DNA of 64,000 nucleotides, from the NCBI RefSeq assembly GCF_052425735.1, contig NC_135771.1, positions 23,126,001-23,190,000 on the forward strand. Direction: 5' to 3'. The notes under the pieces are model-generated. The model had not been told where the DNA came from, searched no databases, and worked only from the letters and a program-made list of their open reading frames with translations. A program made the translations under genes and the position numbers. Each line of letters starts with the position of its first letter. The first letter of the stretch is position 1. The stretch is from Oculina patagonica (taxonomy: Eukaryota). This document shows positions 26,474-39,688 of the stretch, one piece after another.

Positions 26474-26766
26474 TGTAATCTTTCATGCAACTAGTCTCGC
26501 AATATTCTCGAAGGCGGCGTGACAAGTGTGATCCGTGAAACATTGCGCTGTGTAACATGCCGCGCAGAAGACAAAATTCTTACGAGACAGTTCGCTTCAA
26601 CGGTTGAAGAAAGTTGAACTAAGTTCTTCTTTCTGCCGCCGTTGAAGCGTCTTGTTTTGTAAGGGTTTTAACTTTTGCGCGGTGTGTTACACGGCTCAAT
26701 GTTTTATTTTAACTTGTCACGCCGTTTTCGAGAAGATTGCGGGACAAGTTGCGTGACAGATTACAC
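26474..26766. mobile_element. Degenerate palindromic MITE
   Basis: GTGTAATCT..GGCGTGACAAGT is mirrored by ACTTGTCACGCC..AGATTACAC. Confidence 0.55.
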
Positions 26767-27499
26767 TGTATAGCTGGACTTAGTCATGAACACAAGTGTT
26801 TACCTGGTTTGTAAGGATGGATTGCTGGTAAAAACGACAACACAAAAACTGTCTCTTTGTCTCTTTATTTGTCTTTCATTTGTGTTTAAAAAAAATAAAA
26901 ATCTAGCCGATCTTGTCCCTGCTTGTCGGGTTGTTTTCACTGTGCTCCAAGCTAAAGTGTTTCTTGTGTTCCTCATTAATATTCCAACTTTAAAATCCTG
27001 GTCTGTTTATCTGATCCGCCATCTTTGATGTCGACACTTGACGCACTTTAATGATATGGCCGTTTGCTCCCAAGTGGAGATGGCGTAATGAGGGGAGGTG
27101 AGAGTTTGCTCCCCATGCCTCTTCGGTTTCACTCATCTACGTCATAATACCACACTCATTTGAATTTGGAATATTCATTAGTTTTGAAGGCCGTAATTTA
27201 AATGCAAATAAAATTAAATTAAAGCCAAAATTATAAATTTTAAGATGTGCGTTTTCAACAAATATATCTCGAAATTTCCGTTGGAAGACTGGAAAAACCG
27301 AAGCGCTAAAATACAAACCATGTTCAGCACATTTCCATGGACGCCAAGAAAGAATCGAACGCAGAAAACCACTAATCTGACTCCCCGACCAAACCTCCTG
27401 CCGACTGTCATCCCACAAACTTCACCAAAAGAACACAAGTCATTTGAAACTCTCCCTTCAAAGCTGATACAAGTTTAGGAGTTTTCTAAATTTTGCGAA

Positions 27500-29170
27500 T
27501 CGAAGAATTTCTCAAGATAAATCGCAGTTAAAAGTTTTAAACGCAGATTTCAAGTAGAAAAGTTAAAGAGTAAATCGTGATTAAATATTCAAGATTCAAA
27601 TGGAATTAAAATGCAACCACGATGGAATTTTGTTATTGTCGTATGTAAATTTGGTTTTAATAGCATCGAACGACGAAGCATACTCGAGAACCGAGGGCAG
27701 TTAGTCGGGCAAGACGAAGTTAACCGAGCGAGAAAAACGGCGCGAAGACCATTTCGTGCCAATCTTGCCGCTCGGTTTACATCGTGTCGCTCCGATTAAA
27801 TGCCGCTTGGTTCCCGAGGATGACGAGTATTCTAATTTTGCGTCTTTTAAAGCGAATCGAAGAATTTGTCGAAATAAATCGAAGGTAAATGTTTTATGCG
27901 CAAATTTCAAGTACAAAATTTTGAGAGTAATTCTTAATTAAATATTCAAGATTCAAATGGAATTAAAATGCAACCACGATAGAATTTTGCAAGTAAGTTG
28001 TTTTTGTCATATGTAAATTTGGTTTTGAATAGCATCGAACGCCGAAGCATACTCGGGAACCGAGAGCAGTTAGTCGGGCAAGACGAAACTAACCGAGAGG
28101 AAAATCGGTGCGAAGAACATTTCGTGCCAATCTTGCCGCTCGGTTTACATCGTGTCGCTCCGATTTAATGCCGCTTGGTTCCCGAGGATGACGAGTATTC
28201 TAATTTTGCGTCTTTTAAAGCGAATCGAATAATTTGTCGAAATAAATCGAAGGTAAATGTTTTGTGCGCAAATTTTAAGTACAAAATTTTGAGAGTAATT
28301 CTTAATTAAATATTGAAGATTCAAATGGAAATAAAATGCAACCACGATAGAATTTTGCATGTAAGTTGTTATTGTCATATGTTAATTTGGTTTTGAAAAA
28401 CATCGAACGACGAAGCATACTCGGGAACCGAGGGCATTTAGCCGGGCAAGACGGTTAACCGAGCGGGAAAATCGGCGCGAAGAACATTTCGTGCCGATTT
28501 TGCCGCTCGGTTTTACATCGTGTCGCTCCGATTAAATGCCGCTTGGTTCCCGAGGATGACGAATAAAATAAGCAAAAAAGGTTCGGTTCGTTCGATCTTG
28601 TTTTGGATGTTAAGATAAAGAATTCGCCTATGAGATTAAAAAATCGATTATCTCTTTATGAAACTGAGCTTTAGAAATATAGTTTCAAGCGAATAAAAGA
28701 TATGCTGTTAGTTTTAAGATTGAAATTTGAGCTTCATTGCTAAGGAAACAACAACGCAAAGGCAGACGGGCGATTTTTGTCCGTCTGAACGACCTAGAAT
28801 CGCGTTAATTTCGTTTTGAAATCAGTTATTTTTAATCGATAATAATAGTGTATAAAAGTATTTTTTTACGAATTTGTCGTTAAAATGTTTTGCGCGCAAA
28901 CTTCGAATAGAGAGAATTTGAAAATCTGAATTAAATATCGATTCCGAATGACCTTTGAATTCAAACACGAATGAATTTTTAAGAAAAAACTTGTAAATTT
29001 GGTTTTGAATAGCATCGAGCTACGAAGCATACTCGGGAACCGAGGGCAGTTAATCGGGGCGCGAAGTAAACCGAGCGGCAAACTCGGCGCGAAGAATATT
29101 TCGTGCCGATTTTGACGCTCGGTTGACATCGTCTCGCCCCGATTCAATACCTTTTGGTTCCCGAGGATGA
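27500..29170. repeat. Tandem ~370-bp repeat (3-4 units), each containing a ~145-bp palindromic MITE-like core
   Basis: CATACTCGGGAACCGAGGGCAG ... TTGGTTCCCGAGGATG at ~27679, 28048, 28416 and 29028, with repeated AT-rich linkers. Confidence 0.8.
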
Positions 29171-32087
29171 CAACGAAATGAAACTAATGTTTTGACTGAA
29201 AACATCAATAATAAAAAAGAGAAATTTTTAAATTTTATTTTGGAATACATAACGGAAAATTAGCCTGTGAATTTAAAATTGAAATAATTGCTAATACATT
29301 TTCGAGACTTGTTTTGGTAATTAAGATGCGCAATTGGCCAAAAGAATAAAACGAAAAAAATATTTCGACTTTTAATTTAAAGATTTGGAAGACAAGATAA
29401 ACAATTGGCCTAGAAAATAAATATAATTTGGATTTGGTCACAAAATAACGTTTTCGAGGTGAAGTTTGAAAGTCCGGATGAACAACTGACCTACGCTTCC
29501 AAATTTAAAAAATAAAAATTGAAATCTATAAAAGGGCAGAAATTTCTATTTTTTTTTTTACTTAAGATGCCTCCTTCGCAGCTGTCACGGTGAATCGTCA
29601 CGCAACACTCGGGAAAAAGTGTTGCGTGACGATTCACATAACAGATGCGTCGGAGACTTCAGATTAACCAATTTTTATGTTAATCTGAGAGGAATATAAG
29701 ATTGTAATTTCATAAAAAAATTATTTTTATTTTGAGCTCGGAAAAAAATGTGAATCGATTTATGTCGATAATTTTGGTCGATAATTTCTTATTTTTGCGC
29801 CTTTCTTAAGAAAGAAAATCCCTTAACAGGTATCAGCTTGTTCAGGAGAGTCCCAGATGACTATTAGCTCAATCTAGTGTCGCTTGTGAAATTCCAGTCA
29901 AGCCAGATTAGCGACATTCCTTGTTCCAGACTAACTCCAAAATCCAGGAAATGCACCGCCCCTGACCTGCACCAAAGCACTACTGTTTTACGTCCTCAAC
30001 AACAGAAGATTTCGAGATACATTGATTGGAAACAAACATCTTTGAAAGCCAATTAAAATAAAGGTGTGGTATTCTGACGTAGTTAAGTAAAGCCGAAAAG
30101 ACATGAAAAGCAAACTCTCACCTCCCCTCATAATGCCTCCTCCACTTGAGAGCAAACGACCAAATCATCAAAGTGCCCAAGTGCCTCCATCAAAAATGAA
30201 CGGATCAGATAAACTCACCAGGATTTCTCAGTTGGAATATTGCAGAGGAACATCAGAAACACCCAGCTCAGAGCAAGAGTTTCCACAACCCTGCAGGGAC
30301 GTTGATCGGCTAGATGAAAATCTGACCAATTGTAATGTGTGCGGGTGTGTGGGCCATCTCAGTTCCTGAAAATAATCTAAAATATACTAAGTTGAGTGGA
30401 GAATGTAAAATCCACAAAAAGGAAAATAAACAAGCTCATTAGCACAGTAAGAACGGAAAATGAAAAAGCCTACCCCACTTATGCCCCTTAACTAACTTAT
30501 TTAAGAAGCTCTGTTATTGTAATATAATGATACAATAATAGTACTTAGACCTATGCCATAAGAGACTTTTGGCGGGAAACGTACGATTGCAAAACAATAC
30601 TTTCTCTGTAAAAAAAATGTCCTTTGACGTGTACTTAATAAGGCAATACGTAAGATTACCTAAGTTGTAATGACCCTTGCTTAAAACACTACATAAAGAT
30701 CCGAACAAAAAAAGAAAATATATAACTATTAGGTTTCTTATAATCTTAGGTAAGATGATTTTGGCAAAGCCCACTTAGATTCAAAGACTATTCTATACCC
30801 CCAGATTGCTGTCTATACCAGATCAACTGTTAAGTCCTTTTCATGTGAAAATACTGAATAAATTAGAAAATGTTTCCTTCTGTGCTAATGAGCTTGTTGT
30901 GACACCTTTAAACAAAGGAGGCGAAAAAAATGTAGCTAAGAATTTGTCTTTGCTAATTGATTGTGTAAGAAATGCTAAGTTTGCATGAGACTGTAATTAA
31001 TTTGAATTTGCGAAATCCTGGAGATTGGTATTGAATTAATAGTTTGTTTAACAGACACTGAATTGAATTTAATTTGACTCATTTAATAGCCAAAAAAAAA
31101 ACGATTTTAGAAAGCCTCCTTTGTTAAAGGTGAAAAGAAATAATATTGTAGTCTCAAGTACCATCATACTGTTGATGTAATACAAAAAAAATATTCCTTG
31201 AAATTTTTTTAGTGTAAAAATAACAATAAAAATTGTGCTGCAACCCAAAAAAGTTGTAATCAGTAAGGATGAAGTAGCCGACAAAATGAATTTTAAGTAT
31301 GAAAAGATCAAATAAAGGCCTAGAGCATGATGGACAGTGAAACTACAATGTATCTTACCGTGTAAAATAAAGAAAATATTTTCTTACCTACAAAATTCCT
31401 ATTGAGGAGCTACTCAAATTTGGATGATAGCAATGAATTTTTTTTTTATGAAAGCATGAAACGTTTTGCCAAGCAAGCCAAGTTGAACTGAGTTTACATA
31501 AACAAATAAGTGGCTTCAGGAAGATTAAATTTAAGTTTTGGATTTGAAAAAAAGCGAATGGTCTTCGATAAAAAACAAAAGTAATAAAATTTGAGTGCTT
31601 ATCGCGTATTCGCGATAATTTTTGGACACAAAACAAATGTGAAATATGTGAATAAACTAAGCAGATTTTACCTAAAGCACTGCACCAATTAATAATTTGT
31701 TTTAGTTTCTGGTTAAAGAAAATTTGATGGTTTTAGAACAATGTAACAGCAAATTAAACTTTGAGCCCTACATTTTTGTATTGTTTATGTTGAGAAAAAT
31801 TTAAGAATGGTCTCAATTAATTTTAATTTGGCGATGAGTTATGGATAATTGGGCTAATGTTATGAATCAAAGAAATAGTTTTGGTTTCAAAACAAGACAA
31901 TTTGAGAAAAATATGTGATAAAGCTACTGATCAGAAGGAATTTGTAAGCAAGCCACTTATTTTCAAATGAATGGCCCCCACACCACACACACTGGTCAGT
32001 GTATTACTCTGTTTATATAACTAGCCACATGTGCATCAAAGTAATATAATTCAAATCATGTGTTTTTAATGTTTTTTAGCCCCCTTT

Positions 32088-32570
32088 TTGGTTAGTTGTT
32101 TGGTTGGCAATTTAGTTTGGTTGCTTGGTTGGCTGGCTAGCTGTCTAGCTGGCTGGCTGATCGGCTGGCTGATCGGCTGGCTGGTTGGTCCGTGGGCTGG
32201 TTGGCTCGTGGCTTGTTGGCTGGCTGATTGGTTTGCTGGCCTGCTGGCTGGCTGGTTGGATGGCTGTCTGTCTTTTTGCTTAGTTGGCTGTCTGTCTGTC
32301 TGCCTGTTTGGCTGGCCGGCTGGCCGGCTGGCTGGTTGGTTGTCTGGTTGCTGCTTGACTGTCTGGTTGCTTGGTTGTCTGGCCGGTCAGCTGGTCGGTT
32401 GGTTGGCTGGTTGGCGGGCTAGTTAGTTAGCTGGCTGGCTGGTTAGTTGTTTGGTCAATTGGTTGGTTAGGTTGATTGGTCGGTCCGCTAAGTGGTTGGT
32501 TGGTTGGTGGGTCTGTCATTTAGTTTTTCGTTTAATTGTGTTAGTTGTGTCGGTTGGTTGGCTGGTAGGA
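32088..32570. repeat. Degenerate (GGCT/GGTT)n tetranucleotide satellite
   Basis: Directly visible. Confidence 0.9.
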
Positions 32571-32942
32571 AAGTGGGTGGGTGGGAAGTGGGGGGGGTTA
32601 TTACCCAAAATAATAACAACTGTTATGAAGACCAGAGAATCTTTTTCACTTTGTGCACAAGTAGCTAGTAAATAAACAGTCAGTATTAGTGTTACATTGT
32701 AAAACAAATGTTTACCATGAGTAATCAAAGAATTTTTGGTCCAATTTGGTACAAAGGAGCATCACTAAGCTGTTAATTTGTTGAACGTCTGTAAAGAGGA
32801 AATGCTGAATAGTTATTCTAATGGTTCAATTCATGGTAAACACTTGTCAGTGAACAGTCTTTTGGTATAATATTACCTTAACATATACATTACACAAACG
32901 GTATTTACAGTTCAGCAAAAGTTCTTGATCATTCAAGGCTTG

Positions 32943-34196
32943 CTGTGTCCTCTGTCCTCTGTCCTTAGTCCTCTGTGCTAGGTCCTCTGTGCTGGGTCCT
33001 CTGTCCTGGGTCCTCTGTCCTTGGTCCTCTGTCCTGTGTCCTCTGTGCTGGGTCCTCTGTCCTGGGTCCTCTGTGCTGGTTCCTCAGTGCTGGGTCCTCT
33101 GTGCTGGGTCCACTGTCCTGGGTTCTCTGTACTGGGTCCTCTGTCCTGGGTCCTCTGTGCTGGGTCCACTGTCCTGGGCTCTCTGTACTGGGTCCACTGT
33201 CCTGGGCTCTCTGTACTGGGTCCTCTGTCCTGGGCTTTCTGAGCTGGGTACTCTGTGCTGGGTCCTAATAAATAAATAAAAAAATAAAAACAATCTTTAA
33301 AGAGGAAGCGCCTGTCACATAAATGCGTGGTTTACAGGGAGGTCCTCCATAGAAATAAAAAAAGTATTAAAATCTAAATATAGGAAGTACAAATGTCACA
33401 GATCTAAAATAATTATAAAATATACAATTTAATTGAAACTACTAAAACTACCTACCGCTGGGTCCTCTGTCCTGGGTTTCTATCCTGGGTCTCTACATTG
33501 GGTCCTCAGTGGGCCTGGGTCCTCTGTCCAGGTTCCTCTGTGCTAGGTCCCCTGTGCTGGGTCTTCTGTGCTGGGTTCCCTGTGCTGGGTCCTCTGTCCT
33601 GGGTCCCCTGTACTGGGACCTCTGTGCTGGGCTCTCTGAGCTGGGTCCTTTGTGCTGGGCTCTCTGAGCTGGGTCCTTTGTGCTGCGTCTCTGTGCTTGG
33701 TCCTCTATGCTGGGTCCAGTGTCCTGGAATCTCTGTGCTGGGTCCACTGTCCTGGGACCTCTATGCTGGGTCCACTGTCCTGGAACCTCTGTGCTGGGTC
33801 CACTGTCCTGGGACCTCTATGCTGGGTCCAGTGTCCTGGGATCTCTGTGCTGGGTTCCCCGTGCTGGGTCCTCTATGCTTGGGACCTCTGTGCTGGGTCC
33901 ACTGACCTGGGATCTCTGTGCTGGGTCCACTGTCCTGGGACCTCTGTGCTGGGTCCCCTGTGCTGGGTCCTCTATGCTGGGTCCAGTGTCCTGGGACCTC
34001 TGTGCTGGGTCCACTGTCCTGGGACCTCTGTGCTGGGTCCCCTGTGCTGGGTCCTCTATGCTGGGTCCAGTGTCCTGGGACCTCTGTGCTGGGTCCACTG
34101 TCCTGGGACCTCTGTGCTGGGTCCCCTGTGCTGGGACCTCTATGCTGGGTCCAGTGTCCTGGGACCTTTGTGCTGGGTCCACAGTCTTCTGTGCTA
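32943..34196. repeat. 14-bp minisatellite (CTCTGTGCTGGGTC variants) interrupted at ~33267-33456
   Basis: Directly visible; the 3' block has higher-order periodicity. Confidence 0.92.
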
Positions 34197-35426
34197 ACTT
34201 CCAGTCTCTGCCAACAAGTCTGCGAAACCAATAATTAACAAGTGTGGTAAGTATTTTTACCTAGGTCCAAACCTTGAAATGCTTTGCTGACAGGGTTTGT
34301 GGTAAGCATTTGATTCCAGGTAGCTATTGAATGTACGTAGACTTGTTTATTTACACAAAATCATGCTTTGTGTCGACATAACCAACATTTCCTCAGGCAG
34401 TATGGTAGATGTAATCATGCGTCCTATAAAATGTTATTTTGCCAGGAGGGATAACCAATAATCAAACTGTAATTTGCCAAATAATTTTTCATTTTTCAAT
34501 GCGAAATGAATTTCCTTGCTGTGTCACTGAAGCAATTTCATAGATCTGGAGGAAAATTAAATATTTGCAAGGCAAGCAAGAATGCGCCAAAACCTGTAAG
34601 GATTACGTCAGTGGTAGGGAACTTACCACTGTGCTTAAGATAGCTGTTAGTAGTGGATGCTGTAAGTCTTGGATGATGTGACTCAAGTGACTACTTTCCT
34701 AGTCCTTCAATTGTGGTGCAAAACGAAAAACAAAACAGCCATTCATGCTCGCACATGTCCATGTCAGGCTTTTAGCCAGGATTTAAAAAATTGGAATCCA
34801 AAATTTTTATCAGGCCTGACTGAGGAGCATGCAAGGTGTTTTTCTGCAGTTCTGAGTGCATAGGAATCTAAAAATTTCCAAATTTGCTAAAAAAAATTAT
34901 GTATACAGTTATTCATATTAATTTTGTCCATAGGACTCCTGGACTCCCACCTGGCTAAAAGCCTGGTCCATGTCGAGAGTTAAACCTTAACAGTGCAGTT
35001 TTATGTTTTGTTACACATCTTGTTAATATTTTTCATTCTCTTTCATAGTCTTCATGTAACTAACAAAAGCAATTACATAAAAGATTAAAAACTCACCACA
35101 TCATTAAATGCATGGTGTTAATCTTCCATCTGGTTTGGTGTGTGTTGGTCTGTTGTCTTCAGGTGAATATTAATGGACTCTTCTTCTTGACGTCAGTAAT
35201 GCAGGTCCTTGAAGATAAAATGCATAGTCTTTAGTTAGTATGTTCTATTGTTTAACCATGTTTATTACATGTAAGTTGTATAGGCTTTAGCTACTTTTAG
35301 TGGTGCCGCGCTCTATAGGGAAAACAACTGTCTAAATGTACGCCCAAAATGGCGTAAACAAAAGTAGTACTACGCGAGTGATACAGTTATTAATTTTAAT
35401 GCTGCCCTTACTAACAAATAAAAGGT

Positions 35427-35514
35427 AACCGCAAGCAAACCGGAGTGGAACTAACCGCAAGCAAACCGGAGTGGAACTAACCGCAAGCAAACTGGAGTGG
35501 AACTAACTGCAAGC
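35427..35514. repeat. 26-bp tandem repeat, ~3.4 copies
   Basis: AACCGCAAGCAAACCGGAGTGGAACT repeated head-to-tail. Confidence 0.85.
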
Positions 35515-36633
35515 ACACAAAATTGAAACATTTTTATCGTTTTTAGACAGATTTTGGACCCGCAATAAAATTTATCATTTAGCGCGTGCATTTAGGCAGT
35601 TGTTCCCTATACAGTACAGCACCACTAAAAGTAACTAAAGCCAGTTGTATATGGATCAGAGCAGTAGTGTATCAGCTCTCCTAAGCTTGTAATTCTTAAG
35701 GTCTTTAGTGTAACAGTTGTTATTTTTGGGGGGCTATGAGCAGGGACATTTTTTCCTGTTTTTTGTTCTGTTGCTCTCTTGATGTGTAGCCAGTTATTCA
35801 TGTGAGACTTTATGAGAGCTGCTACCAGAAACCCATAGGAGTTGAAAAGTGTTACGCGCGCACACAGCATTTGAATATTCATTTTGCTAAGTACCATTTT
35901 GGAAAAAAAAAGAATTTGTACGAGAATGGTTTATACATGTTTACAATGACATATGCAACATAATTTTTGGTTTTGCAGTAAGTTGCTTGAATTTCGAGCT
36001 AAAATGCCATAAATTTCTTACAGAAACTGAAGAAAATCATTAAGTGTAAAACAGCGAAGTTCTCCAGACTACCTATGTTTTATGCCACGATTTCCTGTTG
36101 ACTTACACATGTAGTGCCTTGGGACTATAACTATTACTGTACACCTACATGTACATGTATGGAAGGTAAAGTGTCCAGTCCATTAATTAGCAGAGGTTGA
36201 ACTTTACTGTCTATGATCTACCTATATTTTGTACAGTTAACTACCACCTTGCGGGTCATCTGATCGTGTGCAAAATTATGTCATAATCATGTGTAAAATT
36301 ATGTACAGCATGGGATGCGCAATGTTATACTGAGGAATGACCTTAAATACATGTACTTTAGTTAATTTCTTATCACATGTAATGTCACACTAAATGGGGC
36401 CATCAAAAAATATACATATCAAACTCACCATGTCCATGTGAAGTCTGGTTATAATCCTCCATGTGGTTTGGTCTGTTTTGGTGTGTTCTTCTGATGCCCT
36501 CCTCTGGTAAGGAATATAGGATTCCTAAAGATAAAAGATGTAGTACAAGTGTAAGGTCTACATTCAACCGATTGGCTTTAATTATACATGTGTTTTAGTA
36601 CAGTTCATTTTTAGCAAAGCTATTTTTATTTGG

Positions 36634-36711
<78 letters not shown>
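36634..36711. repeat. (ATT)n microsatellite
   Basis: Directly visible. Confidence 0.95.
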
Positions 36712-38960
36712 AGGCAAACAGCGTTGCCTTCACTCTTGCTTACCGACTTAACATTGTTCAAAATTGAATTGGGGCATATACAAAAAAATTTGGTGACACA
36801 TTCAATTTTTCTATATTGGTTTTTTTACCAAACAAACCATAGTGGGAAAAATTATAGTACCGGTATGTCAGTCCGTAAACAGAAAAACTGTACCATTGGT
36901 CTTGAGCACAGCCCTTGGGATATGACTTTAAGTTATACTCAAAACCTCAGGCACAGTTTTTCCCAGTACGGACCTCCTAGCCAGCAAATAACATAGTTGA
37001 CTCCGGTGTTTCGTTTTTCGCCAACTGTCAGTTAATAGAAACCCTTGGTCTTGGCATGCACTTTAAAGTATTTTTGCGCTGAAAATGTGACAAATTTGTT
37101 CCAAATGTCACAGAGGGAAAAAACCATTTCATTTCTTTTGTTCTCATTGTACGTAATACCATAAAATCCCAGTTATAAGCCCCCACCCTTATAAGCCGCC
37201 CTTGGCAATAGGCCCATGTACCAGGAAACAAATACATTGATCAGGTTATACCTTCGCCCCCCCCCCCTATGTTATACCTTCGCACCTCCCCCCCCCTATG
37301 CTTTATTATATGACTGGTTGACTTAAAAATGTCTTTTGATCAACACAACATAATTTTATACAGAACTTTATACGTATATGCTACGAAGCTGTATAAGCCC
37401 AGGGCTTATAACCAGGATTTATGGCATACCTTATTGTTACTAATTTTTGCAGAAACTTAATTTCGCGAAAATGGAACAGGTATATTTCGCAGAACTGTGA
37501 TCTGGCCAAAAATACGTAATAAATTAACATAAAATATACAATAGAAAACATTTAAAATAACTTTTTGCGGGTCTACAATTTCATGATTTAAAAAAAAATG
37601 GCTAAAATTGCAAAAATTAAGTCCCGCCAAAATAAGTAACAATAAGGTAGCGGGAAAAAAGTACATGGGGGGGGAGGGGGGAGAGGGGGGTTAAGTTGCT
37701 AATGATGGAGAACTGGGAAGGGAGAGTAGGGGTAGAAAATGTAATTTAAGACAATGCTAAATTCCAAAAGTACATTCGTTTAACTTTGGACGGTAGTTCA
37801 TTGAAATGTATTTTTAGAGGTTTTCTACAGAGTTTCGCCAAAGTTTGTCAGTGTTGTTGCCTTTTTATACAAGCACGTGTTTAATAATTAAAAACAGAAG
37901 CTTACAGACATTCAGTGTTATATTTAAGCTTTCATTTAGTTCATTTTTCGTACATAAGCACAAAATTAAGTTCCCAAGAATCATTTTTCTAGTGCATTTA
38001 AACTCTGTGAGGTATATAAACGCTGTTATTACTCACCACCAAAACCTTGAAGGTTGGCGCAGTGAGCTTCAAACATCATGCTGTTAAAACCAAGTTGAGC
38101 TGCACAAAACAGAACACCTGGCTTGCCATTCTGTCCGAACTTAACATAACAGACGTTATAATCTCACCAAAGGGCTTTATAAGACATCAAAACTGTACTC
38201 CACAGTCGATAAATCGCTGTAAATGGTTGGAAAATTTCAAAATGTCCGCCATCTTTGTTTTCTGCTTTCATCGGCACCAGGCTTTCACGCGGTCATAACT
38301 TGGTATGGGGGTTGCGGGGGGGGGGGGGTATAGGGGCGCGAAGTCATTCCGGTGGGGTGAGTAAAGAAGAAACAGAAGGTTAAAAATCCTTTAGCAAATT
38401 AATCGTTGATCAAACCTTTTAAAAACTGATCCTCGTTGTTTTGATCTGATGTGCATTTCCAAGTACGATTTATAGTAAACCTAGCTTGGTACTTTTATTT
38501 TTATATTTGGTATTTTGTTTCTTTTTGGCCGCTTTAGCCGCCAGGATCAGTTTGCCGTCTATTTTTTTACGTTTTATTTTTTTTTACTTTGAATAGCTTG
38601 TAGAAACGACCCTGATGGGGTAGGAGGCGTGACACCTTTCACCATTAACTGTGACACAGCGACTGACAAGAACAATGTTGGCGTGACAGTAATCAGTCAC
38701 GACAGTAAAAACATTTCGCACTTGACAGGATGTTGCAAGGGAGGCTTTTATAAACGTGACAATCTTCATTTCTGGGAAACCTAACGGCACAGGAACGGCC
38801 AAATCTTCCCAGTCGGGAACAGATTATCAAGTACGAATGTTAGTTATCACTCAATGCTATTACTCAACGGTGTGATGTATGGCTGGTGGGTGTCACGTGA
38901 TGGGTACATGATGACGTATTGAAGAGGAAGTAAATCCAACTTTCCTTACTAGTACGCATG

Positions 38961-39563
38961 TGGGGTTTTCCACAAGTTGCTCGGCAACTTTTTGGCAACT
39001 TTTCAAGATTCGAGCAACTTTTTCTCCTTCAAGCAACTTTTTTCCTCTCGAGCAACTTGTTGCATTTTGGGCAATTTCCAGATCGAAGATCTCCGAAGGT
39101 TATCCGAGTGTTGTTTATAGGCAATACAAACGTTTCCGAAGATTTACGAAGTTCGACGAAGAATTCCGAGGAACATCTGAATACGTTTCAACTTCCTGCT
39201 CTTTCTGAATTTAAACATTACAAAACTCGTCAGCAAACACGACGTCATCGATATCTTCACGATTTTTCTCAGTTAAAGAAATACTTGTTATTTAACAAAT
39301 TTTCCCCTTAATACTTTATTAAGATACTTCTTTTGCCGTGTAATTGCATAAAACTGCTAAGAAATCTTACCCTCAAAGGAAAATTAGCATATATTTAGAG
39401 AAATTCTCCTGACTCAGAAGCAGCGTTTTTTTTGGAGCAACTTTCGAGCAACTTTTGTTATCAGAAGCAACTTTTTTGGATTTTTGGAGCAACTTTTGAG
39501 CAACGTTTTGAGAAATTACGGGCAACTTTTTGGGAAATCTTCAGCAACTTGTGGAAAGCCCTA
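38961..39563. mobile_element. Non-autonomous hAT-type element inserted in the exon-3 pseudogene
   Basis: TIR TGGGGTTTTCCACAAGTTGCT / AGCAACTTGTGGAAAGCCCTA. Degenerate 8-bp TSD TACGCATG/AGCGCATG (intact genes have TGCGCATG). Internal AGCAACTTTT repeats. Confidence 0.75.
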
Positions 39564-39596
39564 AGCGCATGCGGGGAAACTGGCACTGTCCTAATT

Positions 39597-39688
39597 ACAT
39601 TTTCGTCCACAAAGGCCACGGTCCTTCTGGTCAGCACCAGGGTCCCTGGTGCTGACCAGAAAAATCGCGGCCTCTGGGGACGAGAATG
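39597..39688. mobile_element. Short palindromic MITE
   Basis: CATTTTCGTCCACAAAGGCCACG..TCTGGTCAGCACCAGGG/CCCTGGTGCTGACCAGA..CGCGGCCTCTGGGGACGAGAATG. Confidence 0.6.

Noticed and set aside
32088-32675. Trp/Leu/Gly-rich membrane-like ORFs
   Set aside because: Products of the (GGCT/GGTT)n satellite.
32975-34238. Many overlapping ORFs of up to ~184 aa (LGPLCW.., DPAQR..)
   Set aside because: Translations of a 14-bp minisatellite that is open in most frames; no evidence of a gene.
35427-35514. 26-bp repeats resembling a CRISPR array
   Set aside because: Head-to-tail with no spacers, no cas genes, eukaryotic context.
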